Part shown: in pieces, positions 17,391-28,626 of the stretch
How the letters are laid out: the number at the start of each line of letters is the position of its first letter
Numbering within the stretch: the stretch's first letter is position 1
Assembly: GCF_000145295.1 (NCBI RefSeq)
Contig: NC_014408.1
Span: 1,140,001-1,172,000, forward strand
Reading direction: 5' to 3'
DNA from: Methanothermobacter marburgensis str. Marburg
GTDB taxonomy: Archaea; Methanobacteriota; Methanobacteria; Methanobacteriales; Methanothermobacteraceae
Length of the DNA stretch: 32,000 nucleotides
Position numbers and translations under genes: made by a program
Notes under the pieces: generated by a model
The model's input: the letters and a program-made list of their open reading frames with translations, nothing else
The model's database searches: none
What the model was told of the DNA's origin: nothing

Positions 17391-18755
17391 ATGGATATCG
17401 ATATGGATCATCTGGAGAGGGTAATCAGCAGTATAGCTGAAAAGGTAGAATACGCAGATTTAAGGGCAGGGACCTCATCTTCAGGTTCAATTATACTCAA
17501 GGACGGCAAAATACAGGAGGTCAAGTCAGGAGAGGCTGCAGGTTTCAGAGTAAGGGTGCTTAAAAAGGGTTCATGGGGATTCGCCTTCACCGATGAACCA
17601 GAAGAGCTGGAGGGAATGGCACTCCATGCTGTTAAGATGGCTGAATCCCTCAGGGGCGATGTTGAGGTTGGTTCACTGCAGCCCCAACACGATAAGACCT
17701 CAGTTAAATCATCAAGGACCCCCTCAGATGTTCCAGCAGATGAGAAACGGGAGCTTGTATTTGAGGCTCACCATGCGGCATCGGTTGATGGAGTTGTGAG
17801 CACCACCGTGAGTTACGTTGATATGGAGAGTTCAACCGTTTTCCTCAACTCTGAGGGATCCTTCATAGAGATGAACGATTCAAAGGTTGCCCTCTTCCTC
17901 AATGCCGTTGCATCCGACGGTACAGGCATCCAGTTTGGCCATGGCAGCTGCGGCGGCACAGGAGGATTTGAGATACTTGAAAGGGAGGACATCGAAGAAT
18001 TCGGGCGCATAGCAGGTGAGAAGGCGGTGAGACTCCTATCAGCAGATTCACCCCCATCAGGTCGCTTCCATGTAATAACAGACCCTGAACTTACAGGTGT
18101 CTTCATACATGAGGCCCTGGGGCATGCCGCAGAGGCTGACCTCATACTTCAGGGTGACTCAATCCTTGAGGGAAGGCTCGGTGAGAGGATCGCCTCAGAG
18201 TCTGTGACCATAGTCGATGATCCAACCATTGATGGTTTTGGTAGTTACAGCTACGATGCAGAGGGTGTGGAGGCATCAAGGACTGTTCTTGTGGAGGATG
18301 GAGCTCTCAGATCACTTCTGAATTCCAGGGAAACGGCCTTCAAGCTTGGGCTTGAACCATCAGGAAACGCACGTTCAGCCATAGGGGACCAGCCCATTGT
18401 CAGGATGAGCAACACATTCCTTGAACCGGGAGACCTATCATTTGATGAACTCGTTGAGGATGTGCGTGATGGCATCTACCTCAGGGGTTCAAGGGGAGGT
18501 CAGGTTGATACAGGTAAGGGTATATTCCAGTTCAATGCGGCTGAATCATTCAGGATAAGGGATGGTGAGATATGTGAGCCCCTCAGGGATGTTTCACTTT
18601 CAGGGAACGTTCTTGAGACCCTCATGAACGTTGATGGTGTTGGGTCAGACTTCAAGCTTGGGATTGGCTTCTGCGGTAAATCAGGACAGAGCGTCCCTGT
18701 GGGTGATGGGGGGCCCCATGTGAGGATACTGAATGCAATGGTTGGTGGAACATGA
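17391..18755 (+). CDS. tldD: TldD-family metalloprotease
   Basis: 454 aa with the HExxxH zinc motif ([12 protein letters not shown]) and the C-terminal TldD/PmbA beta-rich region (GDGGPHVRI). Confidence 0.85.
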   Translation: MDIDMDHLERVISSIAEKVEYADLRAGTSSSGSIILKDGKIQEVKSGEAAGFRVRVLKKGSWGFAFTDEPEELEGMALHAVKMAESLRGDVEVGSLQPQHDKTSVKSSRTPSDVPADEKRELVFEAHHAASVDGVVSTTVSYVDMESSTVFLNSEGSFIEMNDSKVALFLNAVASDGTGIQFGHGSCGGTGGFEILEREDIEEFGRIAGEKAVRLLSADSPPSGRFHVITDPELTGVFIHEALGHAAEADLILQGDSILEGRLGERIASESVTIVDDPTIDGFGSYSYDAEGVEASRTVLVEDGALRSLLNSRETAFKLGLEPSGNARSAIGDQPIVRMSNTFLEPGDLSFDELVEDVRDGIYLRGSRGGQVDTGKGIFQFNAAESFRIRDGEICEPLRDVSLSGNVLETLMNVDGVGSDFKLGIGFCGKSGQSVPVGDGGPHVRILNAMVGGT

Positions 18756-19330
18756 AATCCATATCAAGAGAGGAGGGAAGGCTTCTTATTGAAACTGCAA
18801 GGAGTGCTATTGAGGAGCACCTGCGTGGCTCCGAAACATTCAGATTACCAGGAGATCTTCCTGATAAATTCAGGGAGAACAGGGGTGTATTCGTTACACT
18901 GGAGAAGAATGGTGAGCTCAGGGGATGCATAGGTTACCCTGAACCGGTAAGGCCCCTCATAGATGCTCTCATCGACGCCGCCATATCAGCGGCCACACGT
19001 GACCCCAGGTTCCCGCCTGTTGAACCTGATGAACTTGATGAGATAGAGGTTGAGGTCAGCGTCCTCACACCACCCACCCCCATCAGGGTTGAGAATCCTT
19101 CTGATTATCCCCAGAGAATAAGGGTTGGTGTTGATGGCCTCATCGTTGAGAGGGGATGGGCCAGGGGCCTTCTACTGCCACAGGTTGCAACAGAGTGGGG
19201 ATGGGATGCTGAGGAGTTCCTCTGCAACACCTGTATGAAGGCCGGACTCCCCCCTGACTGCTTCTATGACCCCCAGACAAGGGTTTACAGGTTCCAGGCC
19301 CAGATATTCAGTGAAAGGGACTACAGATAA
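18752..19330 (+). CDS. AMMECR1-domain protein
   Basis: [22 protein letters not shown] carries the LRGCIG motif. [16 protein letters not shown] matches the C-terminal conserved block. The ATG overlaps the tldD stop (ATGA at 18752-18755). Confidence 0.85.
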   Translation: MKSISREEGRLLIETARSAIEEHLRGSETFRLPGDLPDKFRENRGVFVTLEKNGELRGCIGYPEPVRPLIDALIDAAISAATRDPRFPPVEPDELDEIEVEVSVLTPPTPIRVENPSDYPQRIRVGVDGLIVERGWARGLLLPQVATEWGWDAEEFLCNTCMKAGLPPDCFYDPQTRVYRFQAQIFSERDYR

Positions 19331-19406
19331 AACTCAGAATCATACCTTTGAGGTTCACCACACATAAATACATATCCAAAGTTATTAATAGAGAAGAGTG
19401 ATTTTC

Positions 19407-20417
19407 ATGATAATACCAACAGTTCCAACAGCAGATGAACTCCTTGATAAGGGGTTCAGGAGGGCCAGAAAGGCCGCATCCCTCAAAAGGAGTTCAAAGA
19501 TCCCTGGACAGAGGAAGGCCAAGATAATTGAATCCACGCGCATCCAGACAGCATGCCATGTTATAGGGGACCGTCTGAAGATGATCATCCAGCGCATACC
19601 TGATATAGAGTCACTGCCAGAGTTCTATCAGGACTACATCGATGTAACCGTGGGTGTGGATGACCTCAAAAAGTCCCTCGGCGCGCTTAACTGGGCTGTC
19701 GGAATACTCAATCAGCTTGAATCCGATTACATGAAAAAAATCAAACGTTCAAAGCCATCAGATGCATCAAATCTGAGAAGGGAGGCCTTCGGGAGGATAT
19801 CATCAGTTGTGAGAAGAATTGAAGGGGACCTTGACTTCCTTGACTTTGCAAAGAACAAACTCAGGAACATGCCAACCGTGGATTTCGATGCATTCACGGT
19901 TGTTATAGCGGGCTTCCCAAATGTGGGAAAATCCACACTCCTCAGGACACTGACAGGTGCAGAACCAGAGGTTGCTGATTACCCCTTCACCACCAAGGGT
20001 ATACAGATAGGCCACCTTGAACGTAAATGGAGGAAAATTCAGGTAATAGATACTCCAGGTCTCCTTGACCGGCCGGTTGAGGATATGAACAACATCGAAC
20101 TCCAGGCCATGGTTGCCCTTGAGAACATAGCCGATGTCATACTCTTCATATTTGACGCCTCAGAGACCTGCGGATACACGCTCGAAAACCAGTACAGCCT
20201 CTACCTGGGCATAAAGGGTGTCTTTGACACCCCAATCATCACGGTTTTCAACAAGATGGACCTTGCAGAAAATGTTAAGTATCTGGAAGAATATATTAAT
20301 ATGGTTGAGGAACCACTGATGGTGTCTGCATTCCAGGGCAGAGGGGTCTCCGAGATAGTGAAAAAACTGGAGGGTTTATATGAAAAAGAAACTGGAAAAA
20401 CCCATGACAATGTTTGA
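19407..20417 (+). CDS. NOG1-family GTP-binding protein
   Basis: N-terminal [19 protein letters not shown]1 is [12 protein letters not shown]3 is DTPGLLDRP and G4 is NKMDL. AGAGTGAT lies 4 nt before the ATG at 19407. The track start (GTG 19398) adds 3 residues. Confidence 0.8.
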   Translation: MIIPTVPTADELLDKGFRRARKAASLKRSSKIPGQRKAKIIESTRIQTACHVIGDRLKMIIQRIPDIESLPEFYQDYIDVTVGVDDLKKSLGALNWAVGILNQLESDYMKKIKRSKPSDASNLRREAFGRISSVVRRIEGDLDFLDFAKNKLRNMPTVDFDAFTVVIAGFPNVGKSTLLRTLTGAEPEVADYPFTTKGIQIGHLERKWRKIQVIDTPGLLDRPVEDMNNIELQAMVALENIADVILFIFDASETCGYTLENQYSLYLGIKGVFDTPIITVFNKMDLAENVKYLEEYINMVEEPLMVSAFQGRGVSEIVKKLEGLYEKETGKTHDNV

Positions 20418-20847
20418 GAAGAGAAGGCTGATGGCCGAGAAGATGATGGAAGATATGATAAAGAACATGAGGGAGATGCAGAAGGAGTTCGAGAAGAAGA
20501 TATCAGAGTACACCGAGAACATACCTGAAAAACTGAACATGGACGTCATAGAAACAGATGATCAGATAATCATAAAGACGGATCTTCCCGGTGTTAAGAA
20601 GGAAGATATAAACATAGAACTCACAGAGAATACCATATCCATATCTGCAGTCTTTGAAGAGGAAGTCGAGGTCCAGGAGGCCAATTTCGTCAAAAAGGAA
20701 AGGAAATACGGTGAGGCAAGAAGGGAGATGAGGCTCCCTGAAAAGATAAAGGTCGAGGAGGCCAGGGCCAAATTTGAAAATGGTGTCCTTACAGTTGAAC
20801 TCCCAAAGGTGGAAGTCAAAAAGAAACAGGTCCTCAAGGTGGAATGA
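20380..20847 (+). CDS. hsp20: Small heat-shock protein (Hsp20/alpha-crystallin domain)
   Basis: The alpha-crystallin core runs [28 protein letters not shown] ... [18 protein letters not shown] (20369-20374) lies 5 nt before the ATG at 20380. This start lies 38 nt inside the NOG1 gene. Confidence 0.85.
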   Translation: MKKKLEKPMTMFEKRRLMAEKMMEDMIKNMREMQKEFEKKISEYTENIPEKLNMDVIETDDQIIIKTDLPGVKKEDINIELTENTISISAVFEEEVEVQEANFVKKERKYGEARREMRLPEKIKVEEARAKFENGVLTVELPKVEVKKKQVLKVE

Positions 20848-20859
20848 ACCACCCCATTA

Positions 20860-20866
20860 TTTTTTT
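20860..20866 (+). terminator. T7 run downstream of hsp20
   Basis: CCATTATTTTTTTGTTG lies 13 nt after the TGA at 20845-20847. Confidence 0.45.
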
Positions 20867-20936
20867 GTTGTAAGAGAACCCCAGATTAAAACAATTTCAC
20901 CGCCAAACTAATCTGTACCGAACAAAAGAGGGATTT

Positions 20937-21941
20937 TTAGTATCTGACCTTGCCAATATGCCTCGTGCTTCCAGGATCCTCACCATTGAAGTGCGCGAGG
21001 TAGTATACGAACCACTCAAGGGGAACCGCAAGCACAAATGGTGAGAGCAGTGAATTGAGGTCAGAGTAATCAGACATCCTGAATACTATATTCCGGGTTT
21101 CAAGACTCTCACAGAACCTCAGGGCCCTCTCTGTAAGCTCATCACCCGGAAAGCCTGACTCAAGGAATATCACCGGCACCCCCTTCTCCACCCTCTCAAT
21201 GAGACCATGCCTGAATTCGCCTGAATACAGGGGACAGGCATGTTTCAGGGCGCCCTCCATGAGCATGGTCATGGCAAGCTTGTATGCCAGTCCATAGTTT
21301 GGACCGCTACCCATACAGTAGAATATATCCTCCCCTGCATGCTCCTCTGCAAGACCTCTGCAGTCATCCTCTGTGTCACTCAGGAGCCTCCCGATCTCAT
21401 CAGGTAGCTCCTCCAGTTCTGAGAGCATCCCATCAGATACCTCATCGGTGTGCATACCAAAGAGTATCATGTAGAGGGCCAGGAGCTGTGTCATGTAGGT
21501 CTTGGTGCCAAGTATGGCCTCCTCCCTGCCACAGCGAGTTATTATGGTGCTCCGGGACTCAGAGGCCATGGTGCTTTCAGGCTCGTTTGTGATCGTCACC
21601 GTTTTAAGTCCAAGGTCAGTGGCCCTCCTGAGTGCTGCGAGGGTATCTGCCGTCTCCCCGGACTGGGAGGTGAATATAACCACAGAGTCCCCTTCCTCAA
21701 TCTTTCTGTGGTAGTAGAATTCATAGCCGGTCATGACATCAATGTTAAGTTCATAGTTCATTGCAACTGCGTCCCTTGCACTGTAGCATGTGGATAGTGA
21801 ACTTCCACATCCAACAAGGTATATTCGTCTGCAGTCAGCAATATCATTTGATATCTGGGACATTCTGTCCCCTTCAGCTTTAAGGGTCCTTTTAAGTGAT
21901 TCTGGCTGTTCCATTAGTTCTTTGTACATCCGGTACTTCAT
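20937..21941 (-). CDS. Double SIS-domain sugar-phosphate isomerase/aminotransferase-like protein (GlmS isomerase-domain-like, with no glutaminase domain)
   Basis: [12 protein letters not shown] is an N-terminus typical of GlmS C-domain/AgaS-like proteins. [11 protein letters not shown] and [15 protein letters not shown] are SIS phosphosugar-binding motifs. GGGGAGA lies 5 nt before the ATG at 21939-21941. The track ATG at 21965 has only a poorly spaced SD. Confidence 0.75.
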   Translation of the reverse strand: MKYRMYKELMEQPESLKRTLKAEGDRMSQISNDIADCRRIYLVGCGSSLSTCYSARDAVAMNYELNIDVMTGYEFYYHRKIEEGDSVVIFTSQSGETADTLAALRRATDLGLKTVTITNEPESTMASESRSTIITRCGREEAILGTKTYMTQLLALYMILFGMHTDEVSDGMLSELEELPDEIGRLLSDTEDDCRGLAEEHAGEDIFYCMGSGPNYGLAYKLAMTMLMEGALKHACPLYSGEFRHGLIERVEKGVPVIFLESGFPGDELTERALRFCESLETRNIVFRMSDYSDLNSLLSPFVLAVPLEWFVYYLAHFNGEDPGSTRHIGKVRY

Positions 21942-21942
21942 T

Positions 21943-22500
21943 TCATCTCCCCAAAAGTTTTTCATAATCCTCAGCTATTCTAAGGGCCGCCTCTGCAACT
22001 TCAACTGCGTCCTCCCCGGTGAGTACGATCATTGGTTCCTTGCCCCATGCACCTCTGTGGTATATGACATCAGGAGTTGATTCTGAATTTCTTATGGCCT
22101 CCTCAACACCCCAGGGTATGGTGCCGCCCTCAACCTCCCGCACCTCTGGGGGTTCCCGGCTACGGTCATATGATGAGACCACCATTCCATGGTCCCCACA
22201 GATATCAATTATACTCTCATCAAATTTAATATTAAGTGCGCTTCTCTTCCAGGGAAAGTGCCTGTTGAGGGCTATTATAAAACGGGCCATGTGGGACGAT
22301 GCCCCGAACTCAGGCTCCCTGCATGCGAAGGCCCTCCCACGGAACTCTGTGATTCGGCCGGGTACCGCCACAACATCCTCGATGCCACGGGGGTTTTCCC
22401 GTGCCATTACCAGGTTGGACCTCACCTCGGGTATGAGAACCCCAAAGCATTCAGAGGATGATAGCATATCAAGGGCCATCTTAACGTTCTCTATTTCCAT
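21943..22500 (-). CDS. thiN: ThiN-type thiamine-phosphate synthase domain protein
   Basis: [11 protein letters not shown]...VPGRI...[14 protein letters not shown]...[10 protein letters not shown] matches my recollection of the ThiN family pattern. GAGTGAT lies 3 nt before the ATG at 22498-22500. The stop is 1 nt from the SIS-gene ATG. Confidence 0.65.
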   Translation of the reverse strand: MEIENVKMALDMLSSSECFGVLIPEVRSNLVMARENPRGIEDVVAVPGRITEFRGRAFACREPEFGASSHMARFIIALNRHFPWKRSALNIKFDESIIDICGDHGMVVSSYDRSREPPEVREVEGGTIPWGVEEAIRNSESTPDVIYHRGAWGKEPMIVLTGEDAVEVAEAALRIAEDYEKLLGR

Positions 22501-22581
22501 GATATCACTCAAAGAGAATATTCCAGTAAAATAGTTATAGGGAGACCATTAATTTATAACTATAAGTTTTGAGGTGTCAGT

Positions 22582-23726
<1,145 letters not shown>

Positions 23727-23769
23727 TCAGCCTCTGATACCTTCAGAACAGAAAAGCAGGGCCCAATCA

Positions 23770-25383
23770 TCACCCAACAATAACATCTACGAACCGGAAT
23801 TCATCCACACTGAAAAGTCCCCTATCACCTATTTTCAATTCAGGTATAACAAGAAGCGAGAGGAAGGACATCGTCATGAATGGCGCGCTCAGAGTGCAGC
23901 CAAGTTCACGCACAAAATCGTTGAGGTCCTCCATTCTGGATGCGACCTCCCCTGCATTTCCATCTGACATTAAACCTGCAACCGGGAGATCAAGGATCCT
24001 CTGATCATCATCCGAAACAGCCACAAGGCCCCCGCCTGTTTTTTTGAGGATATCGACCGCCCTCTTCATGAGTTCTGAATCCATGCCCACTGTTATGACA
24101 TTGTGTGAGTCATGGGCCACAGTTGAGGCAATGGCCCCTCCCTTAAGTCCGAAGCCATGAACGAATCCGTTGGAGATGTTTCCCTTACCATAACGATCTA
24201 TAACTGATACTTTAAGTACATCCAGGGAGGGATCGGGTTTTACAATGCCATCGTTTACCTCAAGTCTTTTTTGCAGCTCCCCTGTCACTATCTGGCCATC
24301 GAATACATCAATTACCCTGGCAGTGACCTCATCATCATCTGATTCCACCTCAAGATCCTCTGCAGTGAAATCAATGATTTCAAGGCGGTTCATATTCCTG
24401 CGACTGGTTTTAGGGGCTCCCAAGTATCTTCCATTCTCTGCAACGACCCTTCCATCAATGTACACCCTCTTAACATTGAAGTCCCTTAGGTTATCAACCA
24501 CCACCATGTCGGCTGCCCTTCCAGGTGCTATGGCCCCTGTGTTGAGGTTGTAGTGATCTGCAGGGTTCACGGTGGCCATCTGCACGGCTTTAACAGGGTC
24601 AACACCGTATTCAACAGCCCTTCGGAGTATCCGATCCATGTGACCCCCCAGGAGGTCTGCTGGGTGGATATCATCCGATACCAGGAAGTCACAGTCAACG
24701 GCTGCAAGGTCCCTGAGGTTCCTTGCACTGGAGCCCTCACGTGCCATTATCTTCATTCCAAGTTCCCTCTTCTCAAGGGCCTCAGCGGGACTCACACATT
24801 CATGTTCGGTGGATATACCAGCCCCTGTGTATGCACACAGTTCATCGCCTGATAGTAGGGGTGCGTGGCCGTCCACCGGCTTATTGAGTTTTTTTGCAGC
24901 ATCTATCTTCTCCATTACTTTCTCATCACCGGATATCACACCGGGAAAGTTCATCATTTCACCCAGCGCCACCACAGAGTCCCTTGAAAGGAGATCCTCT
25001 ATCTCCCTGGCCGAGAGCTCTGCGCCTGATGTCTCAAAGGGTGTTGCAGGTACGCAGGATGGTGCCGTGAAGTAAAATTTTAGGGGTGTGTGTGAAGCAT
25101 CCTCCAGCATGAATTCAACACCCTCAACACCCATAACATTGGCTATCTCGTGTGGATCAGAAACAACAGCGGTGGTGCCATGGGGGATTGCAGCAGCTGC
25201 AAAGGATGAAGGGGTGAGCATTGAGCTTTCGATGTGGACATGGGCATCCACAAACCCCGGGAGGATTAAATCTGTGAAATTCCCCTCCACCCTCCGAACA
25301 CATGTTATCAAGCCGCCAGAAACCTCAACCTCCGCAGGGTATATGTCCCCTGTGAAGACGTTAAGGATGTTACCCCTTATCAT
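23770..25383 (-). CDS. ade: Adenine deaminase (amidohydrolase superfamily)
   Basis: LILPGFVDAHVHIESSML carries the metal-binding HxH. The size is about 540 aa, and HGF/GGG blocks occur in the C-terminal domain. GGAGGA lies 5 nt before the ATG. Confidence 0.85.
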   Translation of the reverse strand: MIRGNILNVFTGDIYPAEVEVSGGLITCVRRVEGNFTDLILPGFVDAHVHIESSMLTPSSFAAAAIPHGTTAVVSDPHEIANVMGVEGVEFMLEDASHTPLKFYFTAPSCVPATPFETSGAELSAREIEDLLSRDSVVALGEMMNFPGVISGDEKVMEKIDAAKKLNKPVDGHAPLLSGDELCAYTGAGISTEHECVSPAEALEKRELGMKIMAREGSSARNLRDLAAVDCDFLVSDDIHPADLLGGHMDRILRRAVEYGVDPVKAVQMATVNPADHYNLNTGAIAPGRAADMVVVDNLRDFNVKRVYIDGRVVAENGRYLGAPKTSRRNMNRLEIIDFTAEDLEVESDDDEVTARVIDVFDGQIVTGELQKRLEVNDGIVKPDPSLDVLKVSVIDRYGKGNISNGFVHGFGLKGGAIASTVAHDSHNVITVGMDSELMKRAVDILKKTGGGLVAVSDDDQRILDLPVAGLMSDGNAGEVASRMEDLNDFVRELGCTLSAPFMTMSFLSLLVIPELKIGDRGLFSVDEFRFVDVIVG

Positions 25384-26619
25384 CTAATCCTCCAGATTGT
25401 TCATCTTTTTGAGTTCATGGAGGAGTATGGGGATGAACGCACCCACATCTGTAACCACGCTTACAGCCTGTGAACTGCCCCTGTCAGAGAGCTTCGTGAC
25501 TGTTGCCGGGTTTATATCAACGCATATTGTTTTTACGCGTGATGGGAGTATGTTGCCAGTGGCTATTGAGTGGAGCATGGTGGCTATCATTATGACCATG
25601 TCGAGGTCCTGAACGTACTTCCTCATCTCATTCTGGGCCTCCATGACATCCGTTATTACGTCGGGAAGCGGCCCATCATCCCTTATTGAACCTGCAAGGA
25701 CAAATGGCACATCATTCTTTATGCACTCATACATTATCCCTGACCTGAGGACCCCCTTCTCCACTGCATCCCTTATTGAACCGGCGCGGTTTATTTCGTT
25801 TATTGCGTTGATATGGTGTCTGTGACCCCTGCTTACGGCCTCACCCCTCTCAAGGTTAACCCCAAGTGAAGTGCCGTACAGGGCTGACTCTATATCATGT
25901 GTGGCAAGGGCGTTGCCTGCAAAGAGCACATCTATAAAGCCATTGCGTATCATCTCTGCAATCACAGGTGCAGAACCTGTGTGCACAATTGCCGGGCCCC
26001 CAACCAGGCCTATCTTACCGCCCCTCCTTTTAATATCGGTTATCTCAGAGGCTATCTTCTTTATGGTGGTCACAAGGGGTTTTTCACTTGAAACGTCGCT
26101 ACCCATGAATTCAAATACTCCCTGCTTTCCCCTGGGCCTCTCGGGTGGGACGACCTTTATGCCCTCCCTTCCGACAACAACCAGATCCCCCTTCCTTATA
26201 TCCCTGATGGGTTTGCACCGGGCAGTTTTTGACTTGGGGTCAACGACTATCATGCAGTCCATCTCTATCCCCTCAACCTCCAGCCATTCGCCTCCATGGT
26301 AAATGAAGGTCTGATGGTTGGTTGTGGAGTAGAAGTCATCAGGGAGAACCCTGTCCATCGGGGCCCTTTTCAGTTCAACCTCCCTTATCTCTGCTATGGA
26401 CGCCCCTATCTCACTGAGTTCATCCAGGATCTGGTTGAGGAGTGATGGTGTCTCCGCCTCCACCAGTATCCTCGCATGGCTTGGATCAGATTTTCTCTTT
26501 CCTATTTCGATTTCAAGTATCTGGAAATCCCCGCCCATATCCATTATTATGTCAAGGGCCCTGGGGAGTATGAGACTGTCAATTATGTGACCCCTGAGTT
26601 CCACCTCTCGAGTATTCAT
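25384..26619 (-). CDS. TIGR00300 / LOR-SDH-like family protein (candidate alternative ornithine cyclodeaminase)
   Basis: The N-terminal [30 protein letters not shown] and the central Rossmann-like [16 protein letters not shown] are as I recall for the family. That family is also found as the C-terminal domain of cyanobacterial ArgZ/AgrE. GGTGGTG lies 6 nt before the ATG at 26617-26619. The TAG stop abuts the ade ATG with no spacer. Confidence 0.65.
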   Translation of the reverse strand: MNTREVELRGHIIDSLILPRALDIIMDMGGDFQILEIEIGKRKSDPSHARILVEAETPSLLNQILDELSEIGASIAEIREVELKRAPMDRVLPDDFYSTTNHQTFIYHGGEWLEVEGIEMDCMIVVDPKSKTARCKPIRDIRKGDLVVVGREGIKVVPPERPRGKQGVFEFMGSDVSSEKPLVTTIKKIASEITDIKRRGGKIGLVGGPAIVHTGSAPVIAEMIRNGFIDVLFAGNALATHDIESALYGTSLGVNLERGEAVSRGHRHHINAINEINRAGSIRDAVEKGVLRSGIMYECIKNDVPFVLAGSIRDDGPLPDVITDVMEAQNEMRKYVQDLDMVIMIATMLHSIATGNILPSRVKTICVDINPATVTKLSDRGSSQAVSVVTDVGAFIPILLHELKKMNNLED

Positions 26620-26664
26620 GATTAACACCACCGGGATTGATAATTAAATGGTTGGCCAACAAAG

Positions 26665-26673
26665 TATATAAAA
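26665..26673 (-). promoter_or_regulatory. TATA box TTTTATATA (minus strand) for the TIGR00300-ade unit
   Basis: Located 46 nt upstream of the ATG at 26619, in the 90-nt gap after the agmatinase gene. Confidence 0.4.
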
Positions 26674-26721
26674 TCTGCTGGGATCAGAAAGGGAATCCGG
26701 GCTTTTAGATGCTTTAAAGAA

Positions 26722-27585
26722 TTATAAAAGTGTCAGAAGGTCATAAATTATCTTGGCCGCATTCACAGATGTCTGATCCCCAAAGCCGGTTGATGCAACC
26801 TCCACCACATCAAAACCAACCACATCCTTCCTGGAGAGAACTTCAGCCATGTCCTCGAGAACCCATGGCGTGAGACCGCAGGGTGTGGGGTTACCAACCG
26901 ATGGTGCATATGCAGGGTCAAGCACATCCATGTCAACCGAGATATATACAGGGTCCCTGATACCCCTGAGGGCTTCAGATACAGCCTCAGGGTTCTGCAT
27001 TACCTCATGGGCCATTATGCATCTTATACCATTCTCCCTTGCAAATTCAGCCTCATGGGCTGATGCTGAGCGAACCCCGATCTGAATGACATCTACCCCA
27101 AGTTCATGAACGCGCCTCATGACTGTTGCATGGGAGTACCTCTCGCCTGCATAGCGATCCGCCATATCCATATGGGCGTCGAGGTGGATAACCACAGGCG
27201 CTCTGTCGCGGGATATGAGTTCCCCGATCACGGGTAGTGTAACCGTGTGTTCACCGCCCAGGGTGATGGGTTTGAGGTCCAGGTCCAGCAATCCGCCTAT
27301 GGAGTCACCTATGAACTCCGCGGTTCTCTGGAAATTACCCGGCACCACATCCACGTCACCGAAGTCAAAGCATTTAACACCTGGCTCTCCTGAAAACCTT
27401 AGGTTATATGATTCAAAGCTGTAGGATGCCTCCCTAACTGCCAGGGGTCCGAAGCGTGTCCCTGGAACATAGGTGGTTGTGGAATCAAAGGGGACCCCCA
27501 CTATTCCAAATGAAAGTTCAGGTATCCTCTCAGGGTCCGTTGTTGAAAAAGCAAATTTTAGGGGGTCTTCTGTATGTAAAAGCAT
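26722..27585 (-). CDS. speB: Agmatinase (ureohydrolase/arginase family)
   Basis: Mn-binding motifs GGEHTVT, IHLDAHMDM and SVDMDVLDPAYAP. Confidence 0.85.
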   Translation of the reverse strand: MLLHTEDPLKFAFSTTDPERIPELSFGIVGVPFDSTTTYVPGTRFGPLAVREASYSFESYNLRFSGEPGVKCFDFGDVDVVPGNFQRTAEFIGDSIGGLLDLDLKPITLGGEHTVTLPVIGELISRDRAPVVIHLDAHMDMADRYAGERYSHATVMRRVHELGVDVIQIGVRSASAHEAEFARENGIRCIMAHEVMQNPEAVSEALRGIRDPVYISVDMDVLDPAYAPSVGNPTPCGLTPWVLEDMAEVLSRKDVVGFDVVEVASTGFGDQTSVNAAKIIYDLLTLL

Positions 27586-27635
27586 TCAGATCAAAAACCT
27601 GATTTTATCAGATTGTAAAAAAGGAGTTTGTGGGA

Positions 27636-28028
27636 TTATCCCTTGGTCCTCATGAGTTTCCTCTGACCGAGGGCCTCTATGTACTCCACCTCAATACCCT
27701 CAACCAGATTGTCCCTCAGTTCATCAGGTATGGGTGTTTCAAAGGTCTCATAGGTTTCAAGGTCCATCAGCTGGACGTCTCCGCCCATTATTGCAAGGAC
27801 CTGGGCTGTCCTCTTGTCGATTATGGGTATGTCGACCTTTGAGTCAACAGGCTTAACAAAGCTTCTCTTCTGGTTGTCAAAAATCCCAACAGCCTCAACA
27901 CGGGCCTTTGCTGATCCATGCTTGCCCGGAGATGATGTTGAGATGTTTGTAATCTTTGATGCCTCACCATCAATGATCACGTACTTTCCAACCTTAAGTG
28001 TCTTAACTTCAACCACTTTCTTTGACAT
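27636..28028 (-). CDS. eif5a: Translation initiation factor 5A (aIF5A)
   Basis: [15 protein letters not shown] contains the hypusine-site Lys in GKHG. AGGAGGT lies 7 nt before the ATG at 28026-28028. Confidence 0.9.
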   Translation of the reverse strand: MSKKVVEVKTLKVGKYVIIDGEASKITNISTSSPGKHGSAKARVEAVGIFDNQKRSFVKPVDSKVDIPIIDKRTAQVLAIMGGDVQLMDLETYETFETPIPDELRDNLVEGIEVEYIEALGQRKLMRTKG

Positions 28029-28090
28029 CAATCTTACCTCCTGTTAGAATGAGTGATATGAGACAGATGTATATCTATTAATCTGGTGCA

Positions 28091-28102
28091 CATATATAAA
28101 AG
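28091..28102. promoter_or_regulatory. Near-palindromic TATA element (CATATATAAAAG / CTTTTATATATG), possibly serving both divergent genes (aIF5A and pdaD)
   Basis: It is the only strong A/T element in the 136-nt divergent gap. It lies about 63 nt from each start codon (28028 on minus, 28165 on plus). Confidence 0.35.
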
Positions 28103-28164
28103 CTTTATAGAATCAGTGCCTCTGAATTGTGTGATTGAATTGAATCTGATAAGAAGTGATTGAA

Positions 28165-28608
28165 ATGAAGGTTGCTATAACATCAGGTAGCTCTGAAGGA
28201 CCCACCAGGCTCAATGCCTTTGACAATGCACTCCTTGAAGCTGGAATAGGTGACGTGAACCTCATAAAGGTTTCAAGCATACTCCCCCATGGCACGAAAA
28301 TAGTTGAACTTCCACCCCTTGAACCGGGGTCCATGGTGAACTGTGTGCTCTCATATAAAATATCAGATACCCCCGGTGACCTCATATCCGCCGCCATAGC
28401 AGCTGCAACTTCAGATGAGTTCGGATGTGTCGTTGAGAACTCTGCGGTTAACAGAAAACCTGAAGATGTGAGGGAAAAGGCCATCTCAATGGTCAGATAC
28501 ATGATGTCTGTGAGGGGACTTGAAATAAATGAATTAATAGTAGAAGAAACAAACCATGTTGTTGAAGAGTGTGGGGCTGCTGTATCAGCGCTCATCTACC
28601 TTGATTGA
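28165..28608 (+). CDS. pdaD: Pyruvoyl-dependent arginine decarboxylase PdaD
   Basis: [30 protein letters not shown] contains the Ser-Ser self-cleavage/pyruvoyl site. AAGTGAT lies 4 nt before the ATG at 28165. Confidence 0.9.
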   Translation: MKVAITSGSSEGPTRLNAFDNALLEAGIGDVNLIKVSSILPHGTKIVELPPLEPGSMVNCVLSYKISDTPGDLISAAIAAATSDEFGCVVENSAVNRKPEDVREKAISMVRYMMSVRGLEINELIVEETNHVVEECGAAVSALIYLD

Positions 28609-28626
28609 ACTCAAGAAGGGGGTTGA

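Noticed and set aside
27590-27625. Short palindromes (CTGAT-TTT-ATCAG and TCAG...CTGA) between the aIF5A and agmatinase genes as a structured regulatory RNA
   Set aside because: The stems are only 4-5 bp in A/T-rich sequence, as expected by chance. The oligo-T runs are the more relevant signal.
28120-28165. Repeated GATTGAA motifs upstream of pdaD as an operator
   Set aside because: The repeats are short (7 nt), irregularly spaced and A/T-rich. One copy overlaps the SD/start region. Support is insufficient.
28113-28595. 160-aa minus-strand ORF opposite pdaD, and similar long antisense ORFs at 15679..16212, 31158..31664, 22019..22534 and 29810..30217
   Set aside because: Each is the shadow frame of a gene with diagnostic motifs. 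None has its own SD or promoter or a recognisable domain.
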